Shown here in pieces: positions 12,790 through 25,070 of a DNA stretch of 64,000 nt; within the stretch, counting starts at the first letter, position 1, and each line of letters begins with the position of its first letter. The stretch comes from Octopus sinensis. Its lineage: Eukaryota. Location: NCBI RefSeq assembly GCF_006345805.1, contig NC_043023.1, forward strand, positions 16,988,001 through 17,052,000. Direction: 5' to 3'. The position numbers and the translations under genes are program-made. Under the pieces are notes generated by a model that was not told the DNA's origin, searched no databases, and saw only the letters and a program-made list of their open reading frames with translations.

Positions 12790-13124
12790 TCCTGAAAAAT
12801 ATATTTTATATATTTTGTAAATTATATTAATTATTTTTATGTTTTGGTTTATGTTTTTCACTCTTTGATTTGCCTAATAGTGGTTTTATCTCTAATTTAA
12901 TTTAATATATATGTATATATATATACACATACATGAATGAACATTTAACATTCTATTATTTTATTCTATTTTATTTTATTATATTATCTTTTATTATATC
13001 ATTATAATATTGTAAATAAAACGTGAAAATCAGACAAGGTGGAATTCCTTTATTAATATATTCTTCTATACACAATCACACAAACCCGTATATATATCTA
13101 TACACATACATATACATATCCTCT

Positions 13125-13535
13125 CTTTTACTCTTTTACATGTTTCAGTCATTTGACTGCGGCCATGCTGGAGCACCGCCTTTAGTCGAGCAAATCGACC
13201 CCGGGACTTATTCTTTGTAAGCCCAGTACTTATTCTATCGGTCTCTTTTGCCGAACCGACCGCTAAGTGACGGGGACGTAAACACACCAGCATCGGTTGT
13301 CAAGCAATGCTAGGGGGACAAACACAGGCACACACACACACACACACACACATACATATACATATATATACATACATACGACGGGCTTCTTTCAGTTTCC
13401 GTCTACCAAATCCACTCACAAGGCATTGGTCGGCCCGGGGCTATAGCAGAAGACACTTGCCCAAGATGCCACGCAGTGGGACTGAACCCAGAACCATGTG
13501 GTTGGTAAGCAAGCTACTTACCACACAGCCACTCC
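13125..13535. mobile_element. High-copy SINE composite (many copies, e.g. 16220-16600, 35385-35880, 50135-50525, 53600-53990)
   Basis: tttcagtcatttgactgcggccatgctggagcaccgcc... joined to a CORE-like gaagacacttgcccaag and a tRNA-like head on the minus strand. Confidence 0.8.
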
Positions 13536-13753
13536 TGCGCCTATATATATATACATTTATACATATACATACATATATACATACGTATATATATAGAGAG
13601 AGAGAGAGGGGGTGAGAGACATACAGACAGACAGACAAAAATATACACACAACACACATATATACAATCATCTAGTATATGTGTGTGTGGTTTTATGTTG
13701 GTGTTTGTCCTCAACCAAAACCTGACAACCGTTGTTGGTTTGTTTACGACTTC

Positions 13754-14515
13754 GGATCTTTTCCTTTTGAACGGCAGACAATTTCTAGTTAACTAAACAC
13801 TTTTAAACTTCGTATACTGTTAGAATGTGTCAAAATAAAACATTTTTTTCTCTTGGCTTTCTTGAGAAAATTGTAATTTGTTTGTTTAACGTAGTTTAAT
13901 TTTTCGAATTTTAACCAATCCTATGCTCTCTTTTGAGCTAAAATCATTTGCTGCGTCTAAAACTGAGACAACATCCTGTAACTAACCCTAAACCTCCCCC
14001 CTAACCCTCACCCAAATTTTTTTTTCTTAATTGTTAAATTAATTTAATTGCTACGTGTGTAAAAAAAACTAAACCAATGAAAAATAATTTAAACAATTAA
14101 CAAACAAAATAATTCTATAATTTTATACACACGCTTTCCGTACGTATACGGAAAGCGTGTGTATAAAATTATAGAATTATTTCGTTTTAGCCTTCCATTT
14201 TTTTTACACGCGTAACAATTAAATTAATTTAACAATTAAGAAAAAAAAATTAGGGTGAGGTTTAGGGTTAGTTACAGGATGTTGTCTCAGTTTTAGACGC
14301 AGCAAAAGATTTTAGTTGAATGGAGGTAATCGATTGGTTAAAATTGCCGAAATGCTCGGATTTTCAGACGAAATATCTTACAAACTATAGAATTTTCTCA
14401 ATAAAACCAAGGGGAAATGATGTTTTATAAACACATTCTACAAGTATACGAAGTTTAAAACTTTTTAGTTACCTAGAAATTATGTTACAAACAGCCGTTC
14501 AAAAGGAAAAGATCC
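13754..14515. mobile_element. 762-bp foldback DNA element with 8-bp TSD (copy 50740-51498)
   Basis: TIR GGATCTTTTCCTTTTGAACGGC / GCCGTTCAAAAGGAAAAGATCC; TSD ACGACTTC at 13746-13753 and 14516-14523; the whole element is an imperfect palindrome. Confidence 0.9.
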
Positions 14516-14970
14516 ACGACTTCTTATCTTTGAGGTTCGACCAAAGGGACGAGAACAAAATTACCAGGCTTTGAAAAATAGGTACTGGGGACGAATTGTT
14601 CGACTAGACCCTTTAAGACTGTGCTGCAGCATGGCCGTAGTCTCACCCCAAACCTGAAATGGACTGGCCCCTGCTATATTTAATATATGTAACTCCTACT
14701 AAATATGCTGAGTGTCCTTTTCTTTCGTTTGACAACTTACTCGTACATTGATGCAATGGGAGGCACATTTATCGCAAATATAGGAGATGTGGGTTCGAGT
14801 CCCATGCCTACAGAAAAACTTACTTTTTTCCGTCGTGGGCTTATATGCCCCAGAATTAGACTATTTTCTTTAATCGATACACGGTGATCGCTCATAAGCT
14901 TTTTAAGCTTATAAATATATTCATTATTAATTGCAGAATTGTCACTCATCTCCGCTTTTATATTTAACGC

Positions 14971-15044
<74 letters not shown>

Positions 15045-15114
15045 TGTCTGTGTGTGTGTATACATATATATATGTATATATATATATTATATATATATAT
15101 ATGTATATATATAC

Positions 15115-15146
<32 letters not shown>

Positions 15147-15518
15147 TATATATATATATATATATATGTACATATATATGTGTATATATATATGTATATA
15201 TATATGTACAAATATATATATGTATATATATATATGTGTGTGTGTGTGGTGTGTGTGCGGGTGTGTGTACATATATATGTGTATATATATATGTATCTAT
15301 ATAAATACATATGTATATATATATATGTATATATATATTATATATGTACATATATAAATATATGTATATATATATACATATATATATATGTATATATATA
15401 TATACATATATATATATACATATATATATGTACATATATATATATATACATATGTATATATATAGATACATATATATATATACATATATATATATATGTG
15501 TACACACACACATCACAC

Positions 15519-15554
<36 letters not shown>

Positions 15555-15622
15555 CATATATATATAATATATATATATACATATATATATATATACATAT
15601 ATATATATACATATATATATAC

Positions 15623-15655
<33 letters not shown>

Positions 15656-15706
15656 CATATATATACACACACACATATATATATACACACATATATATAT
15701 ATATTT

Positions 15707-15768
<62 letters not shown>

Positions 15769-16602
15769 GTTAAATATGAATGCAGAGGCTGAATAAAAAT
15801 GGATTGTTTGTGACTTCGGTCGATAGAAGCGAACGTTTAACCGTCTCTATTCTATCTTTTGTTTAGCAATAGAATAATAAACAAGTCTTAACTAATTATT
15901 TTTCTTTGATATAAACTGTTTTATTACAAAATTTAATTAAAAACCTATCTTTGGGATGGTATGTTTCATGAAGTAGTCTTGTTTCAATAATTAAAAGGTA
16001 ATTAGCTTATCATCCGGAAAAATTAGTCATTTAAGCGTGTTAAAGCATTATGTGACAATGGCGGTTTAGAAGAAATGAAATAAGCTTATGATAAATCAAT
16101 CAGCATTGATTATCCATTGATTAGTCTTTCGTTTATGCTTCGGAATGAGCAACAAGAAGTCACTGTGAATGCTACCTTTTTATTACTCATTACTCTTTAC
16201 TCTTTACTCTTTTACTTGATTCAGTCATTTGACTGCGGCCATGCTGGAGCACCGCCTTAAGTCGAGCAAATCGACCCCGGGACTTATTCTTTTGTAAGCC
16301 CAGTACTTATTCTATCGGTCTCTTTTGCCGAACCGCTAAGTGACGGGGATGTAAACACACCAGCATCAGTTGTCAAGCAATGCTAGGGGGGACAAACACA
16401 GACACACAAACATACACGCACATATATATATATACATATATACGACAGGCTTCTTTCAGTTTCCGTCTACCAAATCCACTCACAAGGCATTGGTCGGCCC
16501 GGGGCTATAGTAGAAGACACTTGCCCAAGGTGCCCCGCAGTGGGACTGAACCCGGAACCATGAGGTTGGTAAACAAGCTACTTACCACACAGCCACTCCT
16601 GC

Positions 16603-16806
<204 letters not shown>

Positions 16807-17604
16807 TACGACAGGCTTCTTTCAGTTCCCGTCTACCAAATCCACTCACAAGGCATTGGTCGGCCCGGGGCTAGAGCAGAAGACACTTGCCCAAGATGCC
16901 ACGCAGTGGGACTGAACCCGGAACCATGTGGTTGGTTAGCAAGCTACTTACCACACACCCACTCCTGCGCCTTAATCGATCAGTTTATACCGAAACGTCT
17001 CGCAAAACTTTCTCGGACATTTCTTGTTTGGACTTGTTATTTCGTTCGAAGTCCATCAGTTTTCTTCTTTCATTTATTCTCCGTTTGTTTATCAAATAAT
17101 CTTTACTTTTTCATTTTATCAATGATCCGTGTTTTGTGTTTTATTATTGATCGCTGGACGATAGGTGCTCTTTTATCGTGTGTACATGTACATATGTATT
17201 CATTTGGAGGCGCAATGGCCCAGTGGTTAGGGCAGCGGACTCGCTGTTTATTGAGCGAAAACACCTAAAAGCTCCACGAGGCTCCGGCAGGGGATGGTGG
17301 TGATCCCTGCTGTACTCTTTCACCACAACTTTCTCTCTCACTCTTACTTCCTGTTTCTGTTGTACCTGTATTTCAAGGGGCCGGCCTTGTCACTCTCTGT
17401 GTCACGCTGAATATCCCCGAGAACTACGTTAAGGGTGCACGTGTCTGTGGAGTGCCCAGCCACTTACACGTTAATTTCACGAGCAGGCTGTTCCGTTGAT
17501 TCGGATCAACCGGAACCCTCACCGCACTTTCACCGTTTAGGCTGTCTGATGTCATCACAGATCTACGTCAGGAATTCTGCAGTGTTCGTTGAATTTATTA
17601 CGGA

Positions 17605-18031
17605 GGATCTTTTTCGGTTTGAACGGCAGTTTTTCTAGCGGTGTCATATGAAATTGTCACCCATAATTATGACCCTAGTATCGATCTATTGCATTTCAAT
17701 CTGTTTTAGGGTTAGGGTTAGTTAGGATTAGGGGTGGAGGAAGGGTATCTTTTTTTCTTCACAAATGTAAATAAACCCATATCTGTTTCTTAAACGAGGG
17801 ACATATTCATATGGCACAGAAAGTTATTTACCTCAATATACGTCATTGATTGGTTGAAATTGCAGAAATTGAAGAAAAAAACCAACAAATATCTTACAAA
17901 CTATAGAATTTTCTCAATAAAGTCAAGAGAAAAAGATGTTTTATAAACACATTCTACCAGTATACGAAGTTTAAAAGTGTTTAGTTACGTGGAAATTATG
18001 TTAAAAACTGCCGTTCAAACCGAAAAGATCC
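17605..18031. mobile_element. GGATC-TIR MITE, same family (also 20235-20899 with duplicated right end; B copies ~54823-55249, ~57453-58117)
   Basis: GGATCTTTTCGGTTTGAACGGC ... GCCGTTCAAACCGAAAAGATCC; internal TTAGGG-like motifs; no intact TSD seen. Confidence 0.8.
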
Positions 18032-18158
18032 ACGGCAAACTCTGCTAGGGCGGGATTCGAAGTGAAAGCGTAAAGACTGAAAACTAAAGATATTTTATCA
18101 GTCGATCCAAGATTTCTCCAAATCCACAATTTTAGTAATTATCTCTCTTTTCATTAAT

Positions 18159-19127
18159 ACCTATTTCTTTACTACCCACAAGGGGCTAAACACAGAGAGG
18201 ACAAACAAGGACAGGCAAAGGGATTAAGTCGATTATATCGGCTTCAGTGCGTAACTGGTACTTATTTAATCGACCCCGAAAGGATGAAAGACAAAGTCGA
18301 CCTCGGCGGAATTTGAACTAAGAATGTAAAGACAGACGAAATATCTATTTCTGTACTACCCACAAGGGGCTAAACACAGAGAGGACAAACAAGGACAGAC
18401 AAAGGGATTAAGTCGATTATATCGACTCCAGTGCGTAACTTGTACTTATTTAATCGACCCCGAAAGGATGAAAGACAAAGTCGACCTCGGCGGAATTTGA
18501 ACTCAGAATGTAAAGACAGAAGAAATACCTATTTCTTTACTACCGACAAGGGGCTAAACACAGAAGGGACAAACAAGGACAGACGAAGGGATTAAGTCGA
18601 TTATATCGACCCCAGTGCGTAACTGGTACTTATTTAATCGACCCCGAAAGGATGAAACACAAAGTGGACCTCGGCGGAATTTGAACTCAGAATGTAAAGA
18701 CAGACGAAATACTTATTTCTTTACTACCCACAAGGGGCTAAACACAGAGAGGACAAACAAGGACAGACAAAGGGATAAGTCGATTATATCGACTCCAGTG
18801 CGTAATTGGTACTTATTTAATCGACCCCGAAATGATGAAAGACAAAGTCGACCTCGGCGGAATTTGAACTCAGAATGTAAAGACAGACGAAATATCTATT
18901 TCTGTACTACCCACAAGGGGCTAAACACAGAGAGGACAAACAAGGACAGACAAAGGGATTAAGTCGATTATATCGACTCCAGTGCGTAACTGGTACTTAT
19001 TTAATCTACCCCGAAAGGATGAAAGCAAAGTCGACCTTGGCGTAATTTGAACTCAGAACGTAACGGCAGACGAAATACCGCCGAGCATTTCGCCCGGTGT
19101 TCTAACGATTCTGCCAGCTCGCCGCCT
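18159..19127 (-). mobile_element. SINE with five tandem ~183-bp copies of its body/3' part (copy ~55377-56345)
   Basis: Units start near 18159, 18341, 18525, 18710 and 18892; a single head aggcggcgagctggcagaatcgttag lies at the 19127 end. Confidence 0.85.
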
Positions 19128-19158
19128 TTTTCATTCTTAATATCATTAATTCACTTAC

Positions 19159-19171
19159 CTTTCAGATTCAT
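19159..19171 (-). CDS. Candidate first coding exon end of gene A (ATG AAT CTG AAA G, MNLK+G)
   Basis: Perfect donor AAAG|GTAAGT at 19158; its phase-1 G joins the GA preceding the ATG at 12789 to give in-frame MNLKG-METT. The 5' end is not defined. Confidence 0.45.
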
Positions 19172-21249
19172 GACTGTTACAGAGTTTGTTAAGTAAACCT
19201 TCCCTTTTAGTTGCAAAATCTACCAACCGGACGGGTCCCACTGGAATCAGTATCGTCTGCTTTTAGTGTTTCTTTTTTCTAGTTCCAATAAACAGGATTT
19301 CTTATATTTATTTCAGTTCTCTTCGTTCTGACAATTTAAGAATAAATTCAGGATATTTCACAGTTGATTTCTTTTTGTATTGGCTTCGAGAAGATAATAA
19401 GCCCTTAAAACGATCTCACCAGATCTTTTCCACCCTTATAAAGATACGTGTTCCACTTAAACTTTCTTTCCTTCTAACTCCAGAAGCTGTCGCCAGGTTA
19501 TTTCACTTTTTCTTAAACACGTTCTTAAACTCGGGGGTCTTCTGCCTTTTAATATTTCGTTTTCTAGTTTCGATAAACAGGATTTCTTTTATTCCTTTCT
19601 ATTCTCTTCGTTCCGACAATTTAAGAATAAACTTAGGATATTTCACAGTTCAAGCTTCAAGAAGATGATATCTCCTTAAAACAATATCTTAAAATTTTTC
19701 CTCTCTTATTAAGATAGATGTACAACTTGAACTTTCGTTCCCTCGAATTCCAGGAGCTGTCGCCAGGTTATTTCACTTTTTCTTAAGCACGTTCCTAAAC
19801 TTAGTGTCTTGTATTGTGGTGTCTTACTTTTCAAAATACTTTGCTTGCAAGATTACAAGTAAATTATGTTTCACCCACAGATTTGTCAGTTTTTTCAATC
19901 AATTACCGCTTCTCTCCATCGATCTTTGCAAATAAACCACTACAAACAAAACGCCTGTATTTATATGCCTGCTAAACAAAAGAATTCTGTTTTAACATCG
20001 CAATATAACGATTGCTCACAATTTGTTTATTGTTTATTTTGCACTGAGCAAATTACGCTTAACGCTCTCCAAAGAAATACGATCAATGATTACAAGTTAA
20101 TATTTTTGTGAAACGTAGGCGTGTTTATGTTTGTGTTTTGGTTACAAATAAGTATTGATAATCTCCGAGGAAGGCATCAATGATACAAATTCTCCCTTTA
20201 ATTAGCAAACAAGCTTCTTTACAGTATTTATTTGGGATCTTTTCGGTTTGAACGGCGGTTTTTTCTAGCGATGTCATATGAAATTGTCACCCATAATTAT
20301 GACCCTAGTATCGATCTATTGCATTTCAATCTCTTTTAGGGTAAGGGTTAGGATAGGGGTTAGTTAAGGTTAGGGTTAGTGTGGGGGGAAGGGTATCTTT
20401 TTTTCTTCACAAATGTAAATAAATCCAATCTGTTTCTTAAACGAGGGGCATATTCATACGGCACAGAATGTTGTTTACCTCAATAGACGTCAGTGATTGG
20501 TTGAAATTGCAGAAATTGAAGAATAAAAACAACAAATATCTTACAAACTATAGAATTTTCTAAATAGAGCCAAGAGAAAAAGATGTTTTATAAACACATT
20601 CTACCTTACGTGGAAATTATTTTAAAAAACTGCCGTTCAAACCGAAAAGATCCCTGTTTCTTAAAACGAGGGACATATTCATACGGCACAGAATGTTATT
20701 TATCTCAATAGACGTCATTGATTGGTTGAAATTTCAGAAATTGAAGAAAAAAAACAAATATCTTACAAACTATAGAATTTTCTCAATAAATCAAGAGAAA
20801 AAGAGGTTTTATAAACACATCCTACCAGTATACGAAGTTTAAAAGTGTTTAGTTACGTGGAAATTATGTTAAAAACTGCCGTTCAAAGCGAAAAGATCCT
20901 GAGAGGGTCCTACTTTGAAGGAAATTAGAGTTTTGTAATTCTATAAAGCCAATAAATGCCTCCCTGAAAAGTCTGGAAACTTCTGGACTGCATCTTGCAT
21001 GTGTCAATTTATTCTTAACACATCTAGGCGGGTTCAGATACAAAATATGCTGAGAGCTGTAGCATATTCTCTGAGTAGAATAACTTTTTACTTTTACGAC
21101 AACAGGACGTTCAACACACTTGTGTCATTGACACGCGGCGCTCGGAGGCAACGGTGTTTATACATGCTGTGTCTCGTCAGCCAGAAGTTGGAACTTTGAG
21201 ACTAGCCAAAACTCATGGCTTTGCTAATGTTTTTTCAGCGCACAAATTG

Positions 21250-22130
21250 TCTATTGATCTATTCTCTATACAGGGGGACCTACTGAAAACATACGTTCCA
21301 CAGATTTTATGGGGTCACCAGGCCTTTTTGATGTGGGATCTGTGCAGAGTTTTGATCTGGGATCTGTGCAGAGCCATTCTTTTACGTAGACTGTTTTTTG
21401 TTTGGCCTATGTATTGCTCTTGACACCCAGAGCAGGTTAGTGTGTATATCAGGTTCTCCGAAGCACATGTGAAGTTGCTTTTCACTGTGAAACGTTGTCC
21501 CTGTTTGAAGGAAAACTCTGATCCCTCAATTAAACTGAACCATATCCCACAGTTGGGTCTTACACTTCTTTTTACTGACGGCTTCTGTGTTAGGAGACTT
21601 TTCATAGATTTGAGCTGTCTCTTTCTTTTTATGGGGGGTGTGTTTGGAGGATTAAGTTCATTCTGTGATCCTTTTTTAGCAGGGGTATGTTTTGGAGGAT
21701 GGTGTCGAAGGCTTCATTGTTGAGAGAGTTAAGTGTGGAGAGGTATGGTAGGGCTTTTGGTTGTAAATCTTTCTTTAATTTCGGATGTCTGAGTTCCTGG
21801 ATGTTGAGTTGGAGGGCACGTTAAAACGCATATGTCAATTAGTGAAGGTGGGTAGTTCCTGGTGATGTGTGTATCCTTTAGTTCATGTAGTCGTGTGTCT
21901 CTGGTGTTTGCATTAGAGACTATAGTACATATCCTTTTAGCTAGGTTGAAGGGGGTATTCATTCTGGTGTGTCTGGGGTGGGATGAGTTGAACGGTAGAT
22001 ATTGCTTGGACTCCGTAGGCTTATAGTATATATCTGTTTCAATTATGTTGTTAGATTTCTTAATGAGGATGTCGAGGAAGGGAACTTGTTGCTGGCTATA
22101 TTCCATCGTGAACTGAAGTACATATATATA
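21250..22130 (-). mobile_element. 5'-truncated Penelope-like element (RT C-terminus + GIY-YIG); copy ~58470-59345
   Basis: VPFLDILI...TDIYYKPT..KQYLPFNSSHP; FTCASENLIYTLTCSGCQEQYIGQTKNSLRKRMALH. Confidence 0.9.
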
Positions 22131-22281
22131 TATATATATATATATAAGCGAGAAAGAAGCAACAAGAATGGATAGGTTTTTAGTACAATCGTTTCATACA
22201 AGGACAGGCTTTATTAAATGTTGCAAAAATTACAGCATATAAACGTGTCCCGTACTAGGATGTCTAGAGAACTCACATGTA

Positions 22282-22372
22282 TTTTAGCTGATGAGTACGG
22301 GACACGTTTATATGCTGTAATTTTTGCAACATTTAATAAAGCCTGTCCTTGTATGAAACGATTGTACTAAAA
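22282..22372 (+). ncRNA. Type I hammerhead ribozyme (Penelope-associated)
   Basis: Stem I TTTTAG/CTAAAA; core CTGATGA (22288-94); stem II GTACGGGACA/TGTCCTTGTAT; GAAA (22355-58); short stem III C-GATT-G; GUA cleavage triplet 22364-66. Confidence 0.75.
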
Positions 22373-23352
22373 ACCTATCCATTCTTGTTGCTTCTTTCTC
22401 GCTTATAATCACCCCACATTACTGTATTGTTAAAACAGTATAGTTTTTTTTTGGTGCATCTAAGTTAGGTACCATATTCAAGTAAATTCATTTAAATTAA
22501 CTTGAATCTTTATTGCTTTTTGTATATATATATATATATATATATAGTTTAATTTCGTTAACGGAAACGTTTTTGAATATGCATATAAAACTCCTATTCT
22601 ATGATAAAGCCTAATGATGCCAACTGGTAATAGTAATTTTTGAGGTTGTACCGAGCTGTACCGATATAATGTAGGATTAATAATAATAATAATAATCTTA
22701 ACTGATTGGAAGTGTTATCATGTACATTGTTTTGTCTTGGTATAAAAGATGGGTTTTACAGCAAAGATTCTGCTCAATACCACAGATTTGCTTGTCAGTT
22801 GTTTGACCATAACCAGTTGACCATGTCCCTTAGTTGCTGATGATATGTGCATCTCTGATCATGAGCAGAAGTAGTGGGGGAGCATCATAGCCATGTGATA
22901 AAATGAATTCTCTGGGGTTTGGATAATTCACCTCTGGAAACATGGTTGTTTCGTTCAACATCATGAAACAACCCTTATTCAGGGACCTTTTGAGCAGGAT
23001 GGGCTACTCGACTTGAAGAAAATTCTAACTGGGCCCTACCTGCAAGGTCATGTGTTGTTTATCTTGATATGAGATTACCATGTCACGCACATATGGTTGT
23101 GATGCATGTGCCTGGTGTACCCTTATCAGACGGGTAGTCATGATGGGTATATTGGGCTTCGTATATCTTAATCCAGTGTCACTTTGATGGCACGCACTGC
23201 TCTTTCACTGAATGATAATAATAATAATAATATAATAATAATAATAATAATAACAACAACAACCACAACAACAACAATAATAATAATAATAATAAAATAA
23301 TAATAATAATAATAATAATAATGATAATAATAATAACAACAACAACAACAAC

Positions 23353-23388
<36 letters not shown>

Positions 23389-23451
23389 AATAATGATAAT
23401 AATAATAACAACAACACAACAACAACAACAATAATAATAATAATTAAACAT

Positions 23452-23690
23452 TCAATGATGAGGGAAAGGATGAGAAGTGAATGTTATCGCAGGGTAAGGA
23501 CAATACTCAAGACAGAGCTGAATGCAAGAAACAGGATCGAAGCGATCAATGCTTTAGCCATGGCAGCCGTGACTTACAGCTTCAATATCATTAACTGATC
23601 AATTACTGAAATATGTAATCTTGACAGAAAAATACGAAAACTGTTGACAATGCATAGAATGCACCACCCTAAGGCAGACATAGGACGACT
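23452..23690 (+). mobile_element. Dong/R4-like LINE fragment following (TAA)n (copy ~60665-60900)
   Basis: YRRVRTILKTELNARNRIEAINALA...LDRKIRKLLTMHRMHHPKAD. Confidence 0.8.
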
Positions 23691-24800
23691 GTCCACAGTC
23701 TGTCTACCCTGTGTGAAAGGCCTCTCCGAAAATATACAAACGATATGCGGCCCATATGACACCAGGACAGTATTCAGGAGTAATACAACACTTCGCAAAT
23801 ATCTCCTTCGAGTAAAACCACCAATAGAAGAGAATATGACCAAAGACTGCGTGTACTCCATCCCATGCAGCTGTGGTAGGTTATACAAAGGCGAAACATA
23901 CCTGTTTCTTTACTACCCACAAGGGGCTAAACACAGAAAGGACAAACAAGGACAGACAAACGGATTAAGTCGATTATATCGACCCCAGTGCGTAACTTGT
24001 ACTTAATTTATCGACCCCGATAGGATGAAAGGCAAAGTCGATCTCGGCGGAATTTCAACTCAGAACGTAACGGCAGACGAAATACCTATTTCTTTACTAC
24101 CCACATGGGGCTAAACACATAGGGGACAAACAAGGACAGACAAACGGATTAAGTCGATTACATCGACGGCAGTGCGTAAATGGTACTTAATTTAATCGAC
24201 CCCGAAAGGATGAAAGGCAAAGTGGACCTTGGCGGAATTTGGCAGACGAAATACCGCTAAGCATTTCGCCCAGCGTGCTAACGATTCTGGCAGCTCGTCC
24301 CCTTTTCTGCCAGCTGAAACATACCGTCCCCTCAAAATAAGGGCAGACGAACATCGCAAAGCTGTGACACGAAAAGATATTGATAAATCGCGTATAGTTG
24401 ATCATGTATGGGAAAATGGAGACCACCTCCCCCTGTGGGATGAAGTTAAAATGATAGACAGAGAACACCACTGGAAAATACGCCTTTAGGCGAGGAGCAA
24501 ATCGACCCCAGGACTTATTCTCTGTAAGCCTAGTACTTATTCTATCGGTCTCTTTTGCCGAACCGCTAAGTTAGGGGGACGTAAACACACCAGCATCGGT
24601 TGTCAAGCGATGTTGGAGAGTCAAACATAGACACACACACACACACACACACACATACATATTTACGACGGGTTTCTTTCAGTTTCCGTCTACCAAATCC
24701 ACGCACAACAACCTCCTTAACAGACCGAGTGCAGATATGAGTAGCATATGGGAACCGGTATTAAGGAAGGATAGGAAAATATTAGATTTATAACCCCTGA
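23690..24800 (+). mobile_element. Penelope GIY-YIG fragment interrupted by two SINE insertions (copy ~60900-62010)
   Basis: CVYSIPCSCGRLYKGET|YRPLKIRADEH...HVWENGDH..WDEVKMIDRE; first insertion 23903-24315 has 10-bp TSD GAAACATACC; tail NLLNRPSADMSSIWEPVL. Confidence 0.85.
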
Positions 24801-24819
24801 AATTCACTCCGTAATTTCT

Positions 24820-25070
24820 CAGGGGCATATGACGTAGTGGTTCTTGGTCGACCTCTTCCTCTCTTGCCACTGACCATTCCGAGCATGATGTCCTTCTCCA
24901 GGGATTTTCTCCGCACAATATGACCAAAATATGCCAATCTATGCTTGGTGATCCTAGCTTCTAGCGACAGTTTCGGTTTGATCTGCTTAAGAACTTCTCC
25001 ATTGGTGAACCTCGCTGTCCATGGAATCCGTAAAAGTCTTCTCCAACACCAAAGCTCGAATGCATTAATT
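24820..25070 (-). mobile_element. RTE/BovB-like LINE 3' fragment (copy ~62035-62285)
   Basis: Reverse translation INAFELWCWRRLLRIPWTAR.TN.EVL...YFGHIVRR.SLEKDIMLG..SGKR.RGRP. Confidence 0.85.

Noticed and set aside
12448-12861. Single-exon 137-aa ORF starting MKNINQ and ending GNSM*
   Set aside because: The N-terminal extension is intronic sequence upstream of the acceptor, and SM* is read-through past the donor.
14770-14815. tRNA-like GGTTCGAGTCCC
   Set aside because: Isolated B-box with no cloverleaf; likely a SINE remnant. No true tRNA or rRNA genes were found.
18159-19127. Regular ~183-bp array resembling a CRISPR
   Set aside because: Eukaryotic context, no unique spacers; the units are SINE bodies.
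19270-19810. ~290-bp tandem duplication with a protein-like minus-strand read (CLRKSEITWRQLLE)
   Set aside because: Multiple stops and frameshifts, no splice sites or recognisable family; left unassigned, although it lies in the putative promoter.
20335-20380. TTAGGG-like repeats (interstitial telomere?)
   Set aside because: Short, degenerate and internal to the GGATC-TIR elements.
21095-21185. Minus-strand CTGACGA near the Penelope 3' end
   Set aside because: No GAAA follows the candidate stem II, so the core is incomplete.
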